A stretch of 57,613 bases of DNA. Source: Clostridiaceae bacterium (GTDB lineage: Bacteria > Bacillota > Clostridia > DSM-8532). This document shows, piece by piece, positions 8,940 through 19,695 of this stretch (the first letter of the stretch is position 1; each line of letters begins with the position of its first letter). Location of the stretch: the NCBI GenBank assembly GCA_012523705.1, contig JAAYTU010000089.1, positions 1 through 57,613 of the forward strand, written 5' to 3'. The notes under the pieces are model-generated. The model had not been told where the DNA came from. It saw only the letters and a list, made by a program, of their open reading frames with translations, and did no database searches. The translations under genes and the position numbers were made by a program.

Positions 8940-11579
8940 ATGCAAAAGTACGGATTAAACGAATTAAGAGAAATGTTCCTGAAATTCTTTGAAGGAAAGG
9001 ACCATTTGCGACTTCCAAGCTTTTCGCTTGTTCCGCAAAATGATCCTAGTATATTATTGATTAACGCAGGTATGACTCCATTAAAGCCTTATTTTCAAGG
9101 CGTTGAGGTTCCACCTAGAAAACGCATTACAACTTGCCAAAAATGTATTCGTACCCCAGATATAGAGAATGTGGGGAAAACATCACGGCACGGTACTTTT
9201 TTTGAAATGCTCGGAAACTTTTCTTTTGGAGATTATTTTAAAAAGGAAGCTATTCCATGGGCCTGGGAGTTTTTTACCGATGTTCTAAAAATTCCCGAAG
9301 ACAGGCTGTATGTCTCTGTGTATGAAGAAGACGATGAGGCTTATGATTTATGGCATAAGAATATAGGACTATCTGAAGACAAAATCTTCCGCATGGGAAA
9401 GGAAGATAATTTCTGGGAACACGGAACCGGTCCCTGTGGCCCCTGCTCTGAAATATACTATGACAGAGGTTCGCATAAGGGTTGCGGAAGCCCTGATTGT
9501 ACTGTGGGTTGCGAGTGCGATCGTTTTATTGAAGTATGGAATAATGTTTTTACCCAGTTTGATAAGCAGCCCGACGGAACATATACAGAGCTTGAAAATA
9601 AGAACATTGATACAGGCATGGGTCTTGAACGCTTAGCTTGTATTATGCAGGATGTCGACAATATTTTTGAGGTCGATGCAATTCGTGCAATTCTTGATCA
9701 TGTATGCAGAATAGCAAATGTTGAATATGGAAAGAATTATAAGAAGGATGTATCAATCCGTGTTATAACCGACCATGTCAGAAGTATCACCATGATGGTG
9801 TCTGATGGTATTTTGCCCTCTAATGAAGGTCGAGGATATGTATTAAGAAGGCTTTTGAGAAGAGCTGCCCGTCATGGAAGACTTCTTGGAGTCAACAGAT
9901 TGTTTTTATCTGAAATAGTAGATACTGTAATCCTTTGCTTTGGTCAGGCATATCCAAATCTTGTAGAAAAGCAGGATTATATTAAAAAGGTTATAAGTAT
10001 TGAAGAGGAACGTTTTTATGCGACTATAGATCAAGGCATGCTTATTCTGGATGACTATATTAAGCAGGTTAAGAAGGATAATACTAATATTTTAACCGGC
10101 AAAATGGTCTTTAAGCTTCATGACACCTATGGCTTTCCTGTAGAATTAACTAAGGAGATCGCTTCTGAGAATAATATATCCATTGATGATGAAGGCTTCC
10201 AGATTGAAATGAAAAACCAGAAGGAAATGGCCAGAGAAGCTCATAAAAGCAAGGAAGGCTCTGCCTGGGAAAAGGATTTATTTGCAAACACTGATAAAAC
10301 AAATGTTACAGAATTTGTTGGGTATACTGACACAAGCTCTGAGTCAAAGGTTCAGTATATTATAGTAAATAACGAACTCACTGACAATTCGCAGCAGGAT
10401 GATGATGCCACACTGATACTTGATAGAACCCCTTTCTATGCTGAAAGCGGTGGTCAGACTGGTGATTCAGGAATCATCATTAATACTGATTTTAAGATGG
10501 AAGTATCTGATTGTCAAAAAACTGCTGATGGGAAATATCTGCATATAGGAAAAGTGTTATCAGGCAGTATACAGGTTGGAGACACAGTAAAGGCATCAAT
10601 AGATATAGAAAAGCGTAAAGCAACGGCCAGAAATCATACTGTAACCCACTTGCTTCATAAAGCTTTGAGAGGAGTACTGGGGGATCATGTGAATCAATCC
10701 GGCTCATATGTTTCACCTGAACGACTGCGCTTTGACTTTACTCATTTTTCTGCAATGACTCTGGAACAGATTGAACAAGTGGAAAATGAGGTTAATTCAA
10801 TAATTCTGAAAAATCTAACAGTGAATACTGAGGAAATGACTGTTGATGAGGCTAAAAAGTCAGGAGCAATGGCACTTTTCAATGAGAAGTACCAAAACAA
10901 GGTCAGGGTAGTATCTGTTGGAGATTACAGCAAGGAGTTATGTGGAGGTACTCACCTAAGTTATTCGGGTGAGGCCGGTTTGATTAAAATAATATCAGAA
11001 AGCGGTATTTCTGCAGGAATCAGAAGAATTGAGGCTCTCACAGGCTTTAATGCAATTAATTATTATAAGGCACAAGAATCTTTGCTTAAGGATGCATCTG
11101 AAGCAGCAAAAACCTCTTCAGAAGACCTTGTAAAGAAAATAGAGCATCTTTTTGAAGAAATAAAGGCATCCAAAAAAGAGCTTGAAGAAATCAATGCAAA
11201 GATAGTCAATAGCTCCTTGGATAATTTCATAGAAAGTGCTACAATGGTTAAAGGGATGAAGATTGTTTCGGCCAGGATTGATGACCTTGACATGAATGCC
11301 CTGAGAAATACCTCCGATACATTAAAAAACAAAATTGGTTCAGGAGTTGTTATTTTAGCTTCTGCCAAGGATGATAAAGTAAATCTTATTGTTGCTGCCA
11401 CTAAGGATGCCGTTTCTTCAGGTATTCACAGTGGGAAGATCATTAAGGAAGCTGCTGCTGCATGCGGCGGTGGGGGCGGAGGCCGTCCTGATATGGCCCA
11501 GGCAGGTGGCAAGAATAAGGAAGGTATTGAAAAGGCTCTTGAAATAGCTAATAACATGGCCACAGAAATGCTTGAGTAA
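8940..11579 (+). CDS. alaS: alanine--tRNA ligase
   Basis: 879 aa. It has the class II AlaRS N-terminal catalytic domain (FSFGDYFK, WNNVFTQFD), the editing-domain HxxxH motif (HTVTHLLH) with CGGTH, and a C-terminal DHHA1-like GGGGGGRPDMAQAGG. Confidence 0.97.
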   Translation: MQKYGLNELREMFLKFFEGKDHLRLPSFSLVPQNDPSILLINAGMTPLKPYFQGVEVPPRKRITTCQKCIRTPDIENVGKTSRHGTFFEMLGNFSFGDYFKKEAIPWAWEFFTDVLKIPEDRLYVSVYEEDDEAYDLWHKNIGLSEDKIFRMGKEDNFWEHGTGPCGPCSEIYYDRGSHKGCGSPDCTVGCECDRFIEVWNNVFTQFDKQPDGTYTELENKNIDTGMGLERLACIMQDVDNIFEVDAIRAILDHVCRIANVEYGKNYKKDVSIRVITDHVRSITMMVSDGILPSNEGRGYVLRRLLRRAARHGRLLGVNRLFLSEIVDTVILCFGQAYPNLVEKQDYIKKVISIEEERFYATIDQGMLILDDYIKQVKKDNTNILTGKMVFKLHDTYGFPVELTKEIASENNISIDDEGFQIEMKNQKEMAREAHKSKEGSAWEKDLFANTDKTNVTEFVGYTDTSSESKVQYIIVNNELTDNSQQDDDATLILDRTPFYAESGGQTGDSGIIINTDFKMEVSDCQKTADGKYLHIGKVLSGSIQVGDTVKASIDIEKRKATARNHTVTHLLHKALRGVLGDHVNQSGSYVSPERLRFDFTHFSAMTLEQIEQVENEVNSIILKNLTVNTEEMTVDEAKKSGAMALFNEKYQNKVRVVSVGDYSKELCGGTHLSYSGEAGLIKIISESGISAGIRRIEALTGFNAINYYKAQESLLKDASEAAKTSSEDLVKKIEHLFEEIKASKKELEEINAKIVNSSLDNFIESATMVKGMKIVSARIDDLDMNALRNTSDTLKNKIGSGVVILASAKDDKVNLIVAATKDAVSSGIHSGKIIKEAAAACGGGGGGRPDMAQAGGKNKEGIEKALEIANNMATEMLE

Positions 11580-11632
11580 GAGTAGATAATTATTTGGTAT
11601 TGTGGTAAAATCCCTAATCAGGAGTTGATATT

Positions 11633-11977
11633 TTGAAAGATTGTATTTTTTGTCGTATAATTAACCAAGAGATTCCATCGACAAAAGTATATGAAAATGA
11701 ATATGTCTACGCTTTTAAGGATATTAATCCTGCCGCTCCGGTACATGTGCTGGTAGTGCCCAAGCTTCATATTGAAAGCCTAGAGGGTTTAAATGAGGAT
11801 AATCTTGAGAATGTAGTTCATATACATCGAGCAATAAAGAAGGTAGCCGAAATCTGTAAGATCAATAAAGAGGGCTACAGGGTTATTGTTAATTGTGGAG
11901 AAGGCGCAGGGCAAACGGTTTGGCACTTACACTATCATGTGTTGGGTGGCACAAAAATGGATGAAAAGATATTATAA
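11633..11977 (+). CDS. HIT (histidine triad) family nucleotide hydrolase
   Basis: 114 aa with N-terminal CIFCRI and the histidine triad HLHYHVLGG. TTG start follows CAGGAG. Confidence 0.85.
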   Translation: MKDCIFCRIINQEIPSTKVYENEYVYAFKDINPAAPVHVLVVPKLHIESLEGLNEDNLENVVHIHRAIKKVAEICKINKEGYRVIVNCGEGAGQTVWHLHYHVLGGTKMDEKIL

Positions 11978-11998
11978 CCGTTTGCCGTCAAAAAGATA

Positions 11999-12028
11999 TT
12001 GACGCTTTCAAAACCACTATTATATAAT
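11999..12028 (+). promoter_or_regulatory. sigma-A-like promoter upstream of rpsU
   Basis: TTGACG (11999-12004), 18 nt, TATAAT (12023-12028). It would give an ~85-nt leader before rpsU. Confidence 0.4.
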
Positions 12029-12119
12029 ATATTACGTGCTGTAACATGGTTTACCATTCACACCGACTGGATAAATCCCCTGGCACGCGGTATGTACGTA
12101 ACAGAGGGGAGGGATATAT

Positions 12120-12296
12120 GTGTCTGAAGTTAGAGTTAAGGAGAACGAGTCCCTTGATAGTGCGCTCAAAAGATTTAAGAGACAATGTGCTAAATCTGGC
12201 GTTCTCGCTGAAGTGAGAAAAAGAGAACATTATGTTAAGCCCAGCGTTAAACGCAAGAAGAAATCCGAGGCTGCGAGGAAAAGGAAGACAAAATAA
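12120..12296 (+). CDS. rpsU: 30S ribosomal protein S21
   Basis: Not in the ORF track (58 aa). GTG 12120 follows AGAGGGGAGGGATAT. It translates to (M)[57 protein letters not shown], a textbook bacterial S21. Stop TAA is at 12294-12296. Confidence 0.9.
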   Translation: MSEVRVKENESLDSALKRFKRQCAKSGVLAEVRKREHYVKPSVKRKKKSEAARKRKTK

Positions 12297-12350
12297 GGGC
12301 CTAATTTAGTGACTCTTCGAAATGATAGCCTTAATATGATTTTCATAAAT

Positions 12351-12387
12351 AACAAAGCCCGGGGCGAACCTTCGGGCTTTGTTATTT
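12351..12387 (+). terminator. intrinsic terminator after rpsU
   Basis: AACAAAGCCCG (12351-12361), 11-nt loop, CGGGCTTTGTT (12373-12383), followed by ATTT. Confidence 0.7.
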
Positions 12388-12470
12388 AATACCGTGATGT
12401 GGTATTGACGGTAGTAAGAAGTAAACAGGTATTATTCATTTATCAATATTAAAGGTGTAAGGACTCAATA

Positions 12471-14633
12471 ATGGAAAACTATTATTTAGGCAATGCGAGA
12501 AGATGGAAATGCGCTGAAAAAGATATAGATGATACTGCTTTAGAAAACCCATATAAAGACAGTATTCCCGAAACTATTTTTACATTGTTAAACAAGCGTG
12601 GGATTTGCACAAAGAGAGAAATAGATGCATTCTTCAAACCTTCATTGAATAATCTTCATGATCCCTTCTTATTAGATGGTATGGAGGCTGCGGTTAAAAG
12701 GATACTATTAGCTGTCAGAAATAAAGAACGGGTATTAATTTACGGCGATTATGATGCTGATGGAGTTTCAGCTACTTCGATATTAATCCGGTTCTTAGGG
12801 TATTTAAATGTTGATGTGGATTTCTATATTCCTGACAGGGTAGACGAAGGATATGGAATTTCTGAACAGGCAATTGATTACATAAGCAACGAGTCATATA
12901 ATCTGGTTATCACAGTGGATTGTGGTATATCTGGCCGTTCACAGATAGAAGCAATTAACTCAAAAGCGTCTGAGAACAACAGAAGGATAGATTTCATAAT
13001 AACCGATCATCATCAGTGCAACCAGCAATTAATACCTGACGCAATTGCCATAATAAATCCACACCTGCCAAACAGCAAATATCCATTTAAGAATCTTTGC
13101 GGTGCAGGAGTTGCTTTAAAGCTTATTCAAGCCCTATGTAGCAGGCTTGATATTCCAGGAAAATATGAAGAATACCTAGATATAGTTGCTATTGCAACTG
13201 TAGCTGATATAGTCGAACTTAAGGACGAAAACAGGATATTTACTAAGCTTGGAATGGATAAAATACTTAATAATCCTTGTCCGGGAATAAAGGCTCTTCT
13301 TGATGTATCCTTAAGGGATAAAAGTCGATTAAATGCGTACGTATTGTCCTTTTTATTGGCTCCGAGAATAAATGCGGCTGGAAGGATGGGCGATGCAGGT
13401 GTTGCAGTAGAGCTATTTACCAGTGACGATTTAGAACAGGCCTATAAACTTGTTGATGTTTTGAATAATTCAAATACCAAAAGACAAACTGTGCAGGAGC
13501 AAATCTTTACAGAAGCATTAAGCATTATAGAAAATGATCCTAGATATAGAGATGAAAAGGTTATTGTTGTACATAATCAGGGCTGGCATCATGGAGTAAT
13601 TGGTATAGTAGCTTCTAAAATTGTTGAGCTATACCATAAACCTACCTTCGTTTTTTCTGTAGAAAATGGTACAGCAGTAGGTTCTGCAAGGAGTATTGAG
13701 GGCTTTAACTTATTTATGGCCATGGAAGCTAATTCTGATTTATTTATAAAGTTTGGTGGTCATGAACAGGCTGGAGGCCTTACATTATTAAGTGATAATC
13801 TGTCTGTATTTAGAAGCAGGATTAATTCCTATGCCCAAGATTTAATAACAGAGGAGATGCTTATTCCTGAAACCTGTATTGATATAGAAACTAAAGGTTC
13901 AGATATTAATATGAAGACAGCTAAAGCAATAAGCTATATGGATCCCTTTGGGGTAGGTAACAAGAAGCCTGTTTTTTCATATAGAGGTGCCATAGTTAGC
14001 AGTAAAAGAGCAATAGGGGATGGCAAACATCTAAAATTAACACTTCAAATAGATCAGGATAGCATAGATGCTGTTTATTTTGGTAAAGGCGCTTTAGAAA
14101 AAGGCATTTTTCCCGGACATAAGGTTGACATTATATTTACCTTAGAAGTAAATACCTTCAGGGGTAATGAAAACCTGCAATTAAAAATTATTGACATGAG
14201 GCTTACAGAGTCATTAGTGAATAGAAATATATTTCTGCTGAAGGCTTCACGGAACCTCGAATGTCTTGATTGCGATAAAAAATGGCTTTATAATGGGATT
14301 ATTGATAAAATTATTGAAAATGACGATATTGTAGTAAATAGGGATATCCTTGCAGTCATATACAAATATATAGTTAATCAAGGATCCTTAAATGTAAGTG
14401 TAGCTGATTTATTCGTGCTGGCAGAAAGACTAGGAAAAGAGACAAACAAGAATCTAAACATATTTAAAATAATTGCCGGCCTGCTAATATTTGATGAACT
14501 GGGATTGCTTGAAGTAATCCTGAGTGATAGCGGAAGCTACACAATTACCATACCTTCAGGGGTTGAGAGGGTTAGCCTCTTTGATTCCAATATTTTGGGA
14601 TGGTTAAATAATGTCCTTAAAAGCGGTGCATAA
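12471..14633 (+). CDS. recJ: single-stranded-DNA-specific exonuclease RecJ
   Basis: 720 aa with DHH motifs (IYGDYDADGVSAT, VDCGIS, ITDHHQ) and DHHA1 (GGHEQAGG), plus the C-terminal extension typical of Firmicutes RecJ. Confidence 0.9.
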   Translation: MENYYLGNARRWKCAEKDIDDTALENPYKDSIPETIFTLLNKRGICTKREIDAFFKPSLNNLHDPFLLDGMEAAVKRILLAVRNKERVLIYGDYDADGVSATSILIRFLGYLNVDVDFYIPDRVDEGYGISEQAIDYISNESYNLVITVDCGISGRSQIEAINSKASENNRRIDFIITDHHQCNQQLIPDAIAIINPHLPNSKYPFKNLCGAGVALKLIQALCSRLDIPGKYEEYLDIVAIATVADIVELKDENRIFTKLGMDKILNNPCPGIKALLDVSLRDKSRLNAYVLSFLLAPRINAAGRMGDAGVAVELFTSDDLEQAYKLVDVLNNSNTKRQTVQEQIFTEALSIIENDPRYRDEKVIVVHNQGWHHGVIGIVASKIVELYHKPTFVFSVENGTAVGSARSIEGFNLFMAMEANSDLFIKFGGHEQAGGLTLLSDNLSVFRSRINSYAQDLITEEMLIPETCIDIETKGSDINMKTAKAISYMDPFGVGNKKPVFSYRGAIVSSKRAIGDGKHLKLTLQIDQDSIDAVYFGKGALEKGIFPGHKVDIIFTLEVNTFRGNENLQLKIIDMRLTESLVNRNIFLLKASRNLECLDCDKKWLYNGIIDKIIENDDIVVNRDILAVIYKYIVNQGSLNVSVADLFVLAERLGKETNKNLNIFKIIAGLLIFDELGLLEVILSDSGSYTITIPSGVERVSLFDSNILGWLNNVLKSGA

Positions 14634-14645
14634 TGGGGAAGAGCA

Positions 14646-16826
14646 ATGATTGATGCGTTCATGAGGCTGAAGGAACAAATAGCTAAATATAATCCGGACT
14701 CTGATTTTCAACTAATTGAGAAGGCCTATAATTTTTCAACAAAGGCTCATAAAGGCCAGGAAAGAGTTTCGGGGGATCCTTATATCGTTCATCCTGTCGA
14801 AGTGGGGTGCTTACTAGCCGAGCTTGAAATGGATGATAATTCTATTATTGCCGGAATCCTGCATGATACTATTGAGGACACTGCCTTAACCTATGACAGA
14901 ATTAAAGAAGAGTTCAGCGAAGAAATAGCAGAGCTTGTTGACGGGGTTACAAAGCTCACTAAAATTTCCTATACAACCAAACAGGAAATTCAAGCCGAGA
15001 ACTTCAGAAAAATGTTTCTTGCAATGGCAAAGGACATTCGTGTCATAATAATTAAATTATGTGATCGTCTTCATAATATGCGAACATTAAAGTTTATGGC
15101 CCGGGAGAAGCAGCTTCAAAAGGCCAGGGAGACCCTTGATATCTATGCACCATTAGCCCACAGGCTTGGTATTTATAAAATTAAGGGCGAATTAGAGGAC
15201 TTAAGCTTTCGTTATTTAGATGAGAAAAACTATTATGATTTAGCTGAGAAAATCGCTAAAAAGCGTAAGGAACGCGAAGAATATATTCTCTCAATTATTG
15301 AAAGTGTAAAGAAAAAAACTGAGGAAGTCTTTATAGAGGGCTCTATTGAAGGTCGGGCAAAGCATCTTTACAGCATATATAAGAAAATGACAGCACAGAA
15401 TAAAACCATTGATCAAATTTACGATCTTTTTGCAATACGATTAATTGTTAACTCAGTCAAGGATTGCTATTCGGTATTGGGAATTGTTCATGAAATGTTT
15501 AAGCCTATGCCCGGAAGATTTAAAGACTATATATCAATGCCTAAACCAAACATGTATCAATCACTTCATACAACAGTGATTGGGCCTGAGGGAATTCCCT
15601 TTGAAGTTCAGATTAGAACCTGGGAGATGCACCGGACAGCCGAAGTAGGTATTGCAGCCCATTGGAAATACAAAGAGGGAAAAGACAACAGATCCTATGC
15701 AGAGAAATTTTCATGGCTAAGGCAGATGCTTGAATGGCAAAAGGACGCAAGAGATCCTGATGAATTTATGGAGACTCTTAAAATAGACCTCTTTACCGAT
15801 GAAGTTTTTGTTTTCACACCTAAAGGGGATGTGAAGAATTTAAGAGCAGGCTCAACACCCATTGACTTTGCTTATTATATTCATAGTGCTATAGGGAACC
15901 GGATGGTGGGAGCCAAAGTAAATGGCAGAATTGTGCCTATTGAGCATGAGCTTAAAAACGGAGATATAGTTGAAATCCTTACCTCTGGTGCAAGTAATGG
16001 TCCGAGTCGTGATTGGCTTAAAATTGCGAAAACCTCCCAGGCAAGGACAAAAATTAATCAATGGTTTAAGAAGGAAAAACGCGAAGAAAACATAGAACAG
16101 GGTAGAATCATGCTTGAGAAGGAAATTAAAAAGCATGGTCTTACCATGAATCAGGTGCAAAAAAGCGAATACATGGAAACAATTATGAAAAAGTATAATT
16201 TTCATAGTGTAGATGATATTTTCGTAGCAATAGCACTTGGTTCAATAACGTTAAATACTGTGGTCTCAAGGCTTAAGGAAGAATACAGAAAGAGTCTCCC
16301 ACCAGAGGAACAGACTAACCTGCTTCTTAACAGTGTTGAGAGGGAGAGCAAAAGAAAGAATAAGAGCACTCCCGATAGCGGCATAGTGGTCAAAGGTATA
16401 GATAATTGCCTTATAAGAATTTCCCGCTGTTGCAACCCTGTTCCGGGTGACGAAATAATCGGATATATAACAAGAGGACGGGGCGTATCGGTTCATAGAA
16501 AGGATTGTCCCAATGTCAAAGCGAATATCATAGATGGTGATGCAAGGCTAATTGAGGTCTATTGGTATAAAAAGAGTTCAAAAAATGTATCATACTTAGC
16601 GGATATTACTCTCAAGGCCAATGACAGGCCGGGACTGATTGTAGAGATAACAAATGCTATTGGTGAGTCAAGGATACCTTTAAGAGCAATTAATGCTAGA
16701 ACAGCAAAGGATATGTCCTCATTAATGCATATGACTTTGGAAATAACGGATACCGACCAATTAGACAGAATTATTTCCAAAATGAAGCGGATTAAGGGAG
16801 TATTAGAAATAACACGAAGCAAATAA
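14646..16826 (+). CDS. relA: bifunctional (p)ppGpp synthetase/hydrolase (RelA/SpoT homologue)
   Basis: 726 aa with an HD hydrolase domain (HPVEVG...LHDTIEDT), a RelA_SpoT synthetase domain (YQSLHTTV, EVQIRT), and TGS and C-terminal ACT domains. Confidence 0.95.
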   Translation: MIDAFMRLKEQIAKYNPDSDFQLIEKAYNFSTKAHKGQERVSGDPYIVHPVEVGCLLAELEMDDNSIIAGILHDTIEDTALTYDRIKEEFSEEIAELVDGVTKLTKISYTTKQEIQAENFRKMFLAMAKDIRVIIIKLCDRLHNMRTLKFMAREKQLQKARETLDIYAPLAHRLGIYKIKGELEDLSFRYLDEKNYYDLAEKIAKKRKEREEYILSIIESVKKKTEEVFIEGSIEGRAKHLYSIYKKMTAQNKTIDQIYDLFAIRLIVNSVKDCYSVLGIVHEMFKPMPGRFKDYISMPKPNMYQSLHTTVIGPEGIPFEVQIRTWEMHRTAEVGIAAHWKYKEGKDNRSYAEKFSWLRQMLEWQKDARDPDEFMETLKIDLFTDEVFVFTPKGDVKNLRAGSTPIDFAYYIHSAIGNRMVGAKVNGRIVPIEHELKNGDIVEILTSGASNGPSRDWLKIAKTSQARTKINQWFKKEKREENIEQGRIMLEKEIKKHGLTMNQVQKSEYMETIMKKYNFHSVDDIFVAIALGSITLNTVVSRLKEEYRKSLPPEEQTNLLLNSVERESKRKNKSTPDSGIVVKGIDNCLIRISRCCNPVPGDEIIGYITRGRGVSVHRKDCPNVKANIIDGDARLIEVYWYKKSSKNVSYLADITLKANDRPGLIVEITNAIGESRIPLRAINARTAKDMSSLMHMTLEITDTDQLDRIISKMKRIKGVLEITRSK

Positions 16827-16835
16827 GGAGGCACA

Positions 16836-17288
16836 ATGCGCGCTATAGTACAAAGAGTTTCAAGAGCCGAGGTGCGTGTCGAAGGTAAGGTAAAAGGTAA
16901 AATTGGTAAAGGGATTCTCGTATTACTTGGTGTCGGAGACGATGATAACGACAAGGATTTGGAATATTTAGCAGCTAAGGTAGCTAATCTTCGAATTTTT
17001 GAAGACAGTGAAAATAAAATGAACCTATCAGTATTGGATGTAAAAGGTCAGGCTCTGGTTATTTCCCAGTTTACTTTATATGGAGATTGCAGAAAGGGAA
17101 ACAGACCCAGCTATTCAAAAGCCGCAAGACCCAAAATTGCGCTTGATTACTATGAGAAATTTATGAATCTTTTAAGGGACAAATACAATTTACATGTTGA
17201 ATCCGGAGTATTCCAAGCTCACATGGATGTTGATTTTGTAAATGATGGCCCGGTCACATTATTGTTAGACAGTAAAAAAACATTTTAG
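16836..17288 (+). CDS. dtd: D-aminoacyl-tRNA deacylase
   Basis: 150 aa beginning [13 protein letters not shown], with SQFTLYGD and the NDGPVT motif. It sits immediately downstream of relA, as in many Firmicutes. Confidence 0.95.
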   Translation: MRAIVQRVSRAEVRVEGKVKGKIGKGILVLLGVGDDDNDKDLEYLAAKVANLRIFEDSENKMNLSVLDVKGQALVISQFTLYGDCRKGNRPSYSKAARPKIALDYYEKFMNLLRDKYNLHVESGVFQAHMDVDFVNDGPVTLLLDSKKTF

Positions 17289-17395
17289 GTTCGGGATACT
17301 TTCTTTATTTTGATACATAGTGTTAAGCATAATAATTATCACTTACTGTTTTATGATGTAATCAGACTAATAGAGTATGATGAAGAGGTATAAAA

Positions 17396-18013
17396 ATGGA
17401 AATTACGGTTTTAAGAAACGGAATATTTGGATCAAACACTTATATAGTAAGCAGCAATAAAGAATGTGCAGTTATTGATTGTGGAAATAAGGCAAGTGAT
17501 ATAATTAACGAAATTAGAAAAAGGGACTTGAACCTCAAATATATCATTTTAACTCATGGGCATATGGATCATGTTTATTATGCCAATCAATTAAAGGATG
17601 AAACTGATTCTACTCTTTGCATCCATGAGCAGGAGATTCCCTTATATGAGGACCCAAATAAAAATGGATATAATTCCTTTGGCTTTTCTGAAGCCTTAAA
17701 GCTGGCTGATCCTGATAAGCTTTTAAAGGATGGGGACGAGCTTTCCCTTGGAGATGAAACCCTTCAGATTATTCATACTCCTGGTCATTCTCCGGGATGT
17801 GTATGCATATTAATAGCGGGTTGCCTTTTTACAGGTGACACATTATTTCAATCAAGTGTCGGGAGAACTGATTTGTATGGTGGAAGCTGGAGCCAGCTCG
17901 AAAATTCCATTAAAAGCAGAATTTATACTCTTGACGAGGGGATAAAGGTATATCCTGGCCACGGTATGGATACAACAATAGGCTTTGAGAGGGAGAACAA
18001 TCCCTATGTGTGA
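17396..18013 (+). CDS. MBL-fold metallo-hydrolase
   Basis: 205 aa with the metallo-beta-lactamase motif THGHMDH, plus HTPGHSPG and downstream Asp/His ligands. Confidence 0.85.
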   Translation: MEITVLRNGIFGSNTYIVSSNKECAVIDCGNKASDIINEIRKRDLNLKYIILTHGHMDHVYYANQLKDETDSTLCIHEQEIPLYEDPNKNGYNSFGFSEALKLADPDKLLKDGDELSLGDETLQIIHTPGHSPGCVCILIAGCLFTGDTLFQSSVGRTDLYGGSWSQLENSIKSRIYTLDEGIKVYPGHGMDTTIGFERENNPYV

Positions 18014-19640
18014 CAACAGCAGGCTTATTGTCAGAATAGATGGCATAGATTTTAAACTGGAGGCGCGTGTTCTATTGCGCCTTTTTTTTGATGAAACCTG
18101 CTTCTGCATTGTAAATGATGAAGCTGAGCCTGATGGTATATACAGCCATGTTGTAAAGGAAAACCATAAAACAGGTTTTTCACTTTTACATGTTAAGCTT
18201 ATAAGAAAAGATTGTGAATGGTCTTACTCGGCAGATTATTATAATGAGGTAAAAAACCTTCATTTATTAGATTCTCGGGTCCCACTTTATTCCTCGAAAA
18301 GAACTGTAACCTGTGATGACTTAAATAAGCCCGGGGGAGTAATCCTGAGGAGTCAAAAAATCCTCCTGGGCAAATGTATAGTTGATGTTCTGTCAAAAGT
18401 AACAGGTAAAAAGCTACCCTATGGTTCTCTTACTGGCATCAGGCCTGTAAAGCTTGCAATGCAATGTTTAGACCATGGCATGGATAAGGACCAGACAAAA
18501 AGCTTTCTTTCAGAGACTACAGGTATGAGTGGGGAAAAAGCAGGCTTGCTATATGATATTGCAGTAGTTGAAAGACCCTATATAGATACTTGCTCCAAAC
18601 CTTTGTATCAAGGCCAACACAAGACCTTGAACCCGAAGGGAAAAGGGGTGGATTTGCAAGGACTTAGCCCTTATGTTCATTTATATATTGGAATACCCTT
18701 TTGTGCTAGCAGATGCCTGTATTGTTCTTTTACATCCTATCCTATAAATCGTTATGCAAGTCTTATACCGGATTTTCTATCTGCACTAGAAAGGGAATTA
18801 TTACATGCATTTAATATAATTAAGAATAATGGCTTGAGACTTAGATCTATATATATGGGAGGCGGGACTCCGACTGCCCTTGATAATTACAGCTTGCAAG
18901 CGGTTTTATCAAAGGTGAATGAGATATTTACCCCTGCTGGTATTGAGTTTACTGTAGAGGCAGGCAGACCAGATACAATAACATCAGAGAAGCTAAAATC
19001 CATGAAGGATGAAGGTGTTACCAGAATAAGCATAAACCCTCAGACAATGAATGCATCAACTCTGAAGACTATAGGACGAAATCATTCTCCCCAACAGATT
19101 ATAAATAAATACTATATGGCCAGAGATATGGGATTCAACAATATAAATATGGATATTATTGCAGGTTTGCCAGGTGAAGATAACGAATTATTCTGTAATA
19201 CATTAATAGAGATTGAGAGGATGTCTCCCGACAGCCTCACCGTTCATACAATGGCGTTGAAGAGAGCCTCTATACTTCATGATGATATAAAAAACTATGA
19301 GATAACAGCAGATAGGGTTGTAGAGAAAATGATTGAGGATGCAAGAATTTCAGCACAAAATATGGGAATGCGTCCATACTATCTGTACCGCCAGAAAAAC
19401 ATATTAGCTAATCTGGAAAATACAGGATATTCTAAACCCGGATATGAGTGTTTATATAATATTCATACCATGGAGGAGTGCGAAAGTATTATAGCGACGG
19501 GTCCGGGAGCTATCTCAAAATTTGTCTGGCCCCTTAATAAAAAAATTGAGCGCACCTGTAATGTAAAAGAGGTGGCTCAATATATTGAACGAGTTGATGA
19601 AATGCTTAAAAGGAAGGATGCCGTGATTATTTCTATATAA
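18006..19640 (+). CDS. hemZ: radical SAM coproporphyrinogen-dehydrogenase-like protein (HemZ/HemN family)
   Basis: It has the radical-SAM cluster motif CASRCLYCSF and a HemN-like core (IYMGGGTPT, RISINPQT). ATG 18006 overlaps the upstream stop (ATGTGTGA) and follows GAGGGAGAAC. The track start at 17985 adds 7 residues without an SD. Confidence 0.75.
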   Translation: MCDNSRLIVRIDGIDFKLEARVLLRLFFDETCFCIVNDEAEPDGIYSHVVKENHKTGFSLLHVKLIRKDCEWSYSADYYNEVKNLHLLDSRVPLYSSKRTVTCDDLNKPGGVILRSQKILLGKCIVDVLSKVTGKKLPYGSLTGIRPVKLAMQCLDHGMDKDQTKSFLSETTGMSGEKAGLLYDIAVVERPYIDTCSKPLYQGQHKTLNPKGKGVDLQGLSPYVHLYIGIPFCASRCLYCSFTSYPINRYASLIPDFLSALERELLHAFNIIKNNGLRLRSIYMGGGTPTALDNYSLQAVLSKVNEIFTPAGIEFTVEAGRPDTITSEKLKSMKDEGVTRISINPQTMNASTLKTIGRNHSPQQIINKYYMARDMGFNNINMDIIAGLPGEDNELFCNTLIEIERMSPDSLTVHTMALKRASILHDDIKNYEITADRVVEKMIEDARISAQNMGMRPYYLYRQKNILANLENTGYSKPGYECLYNIHTMEECESIIATGPGAISKFVWPLNKKIERTCNVKEVAQYIERVDEMLKRKDAVIISI

Positions 19641-19695
19641 ATCCTGTGTTAGTGACCATTTCAATAATTATTTAAATCTTTCTGCCCATTGAGTT

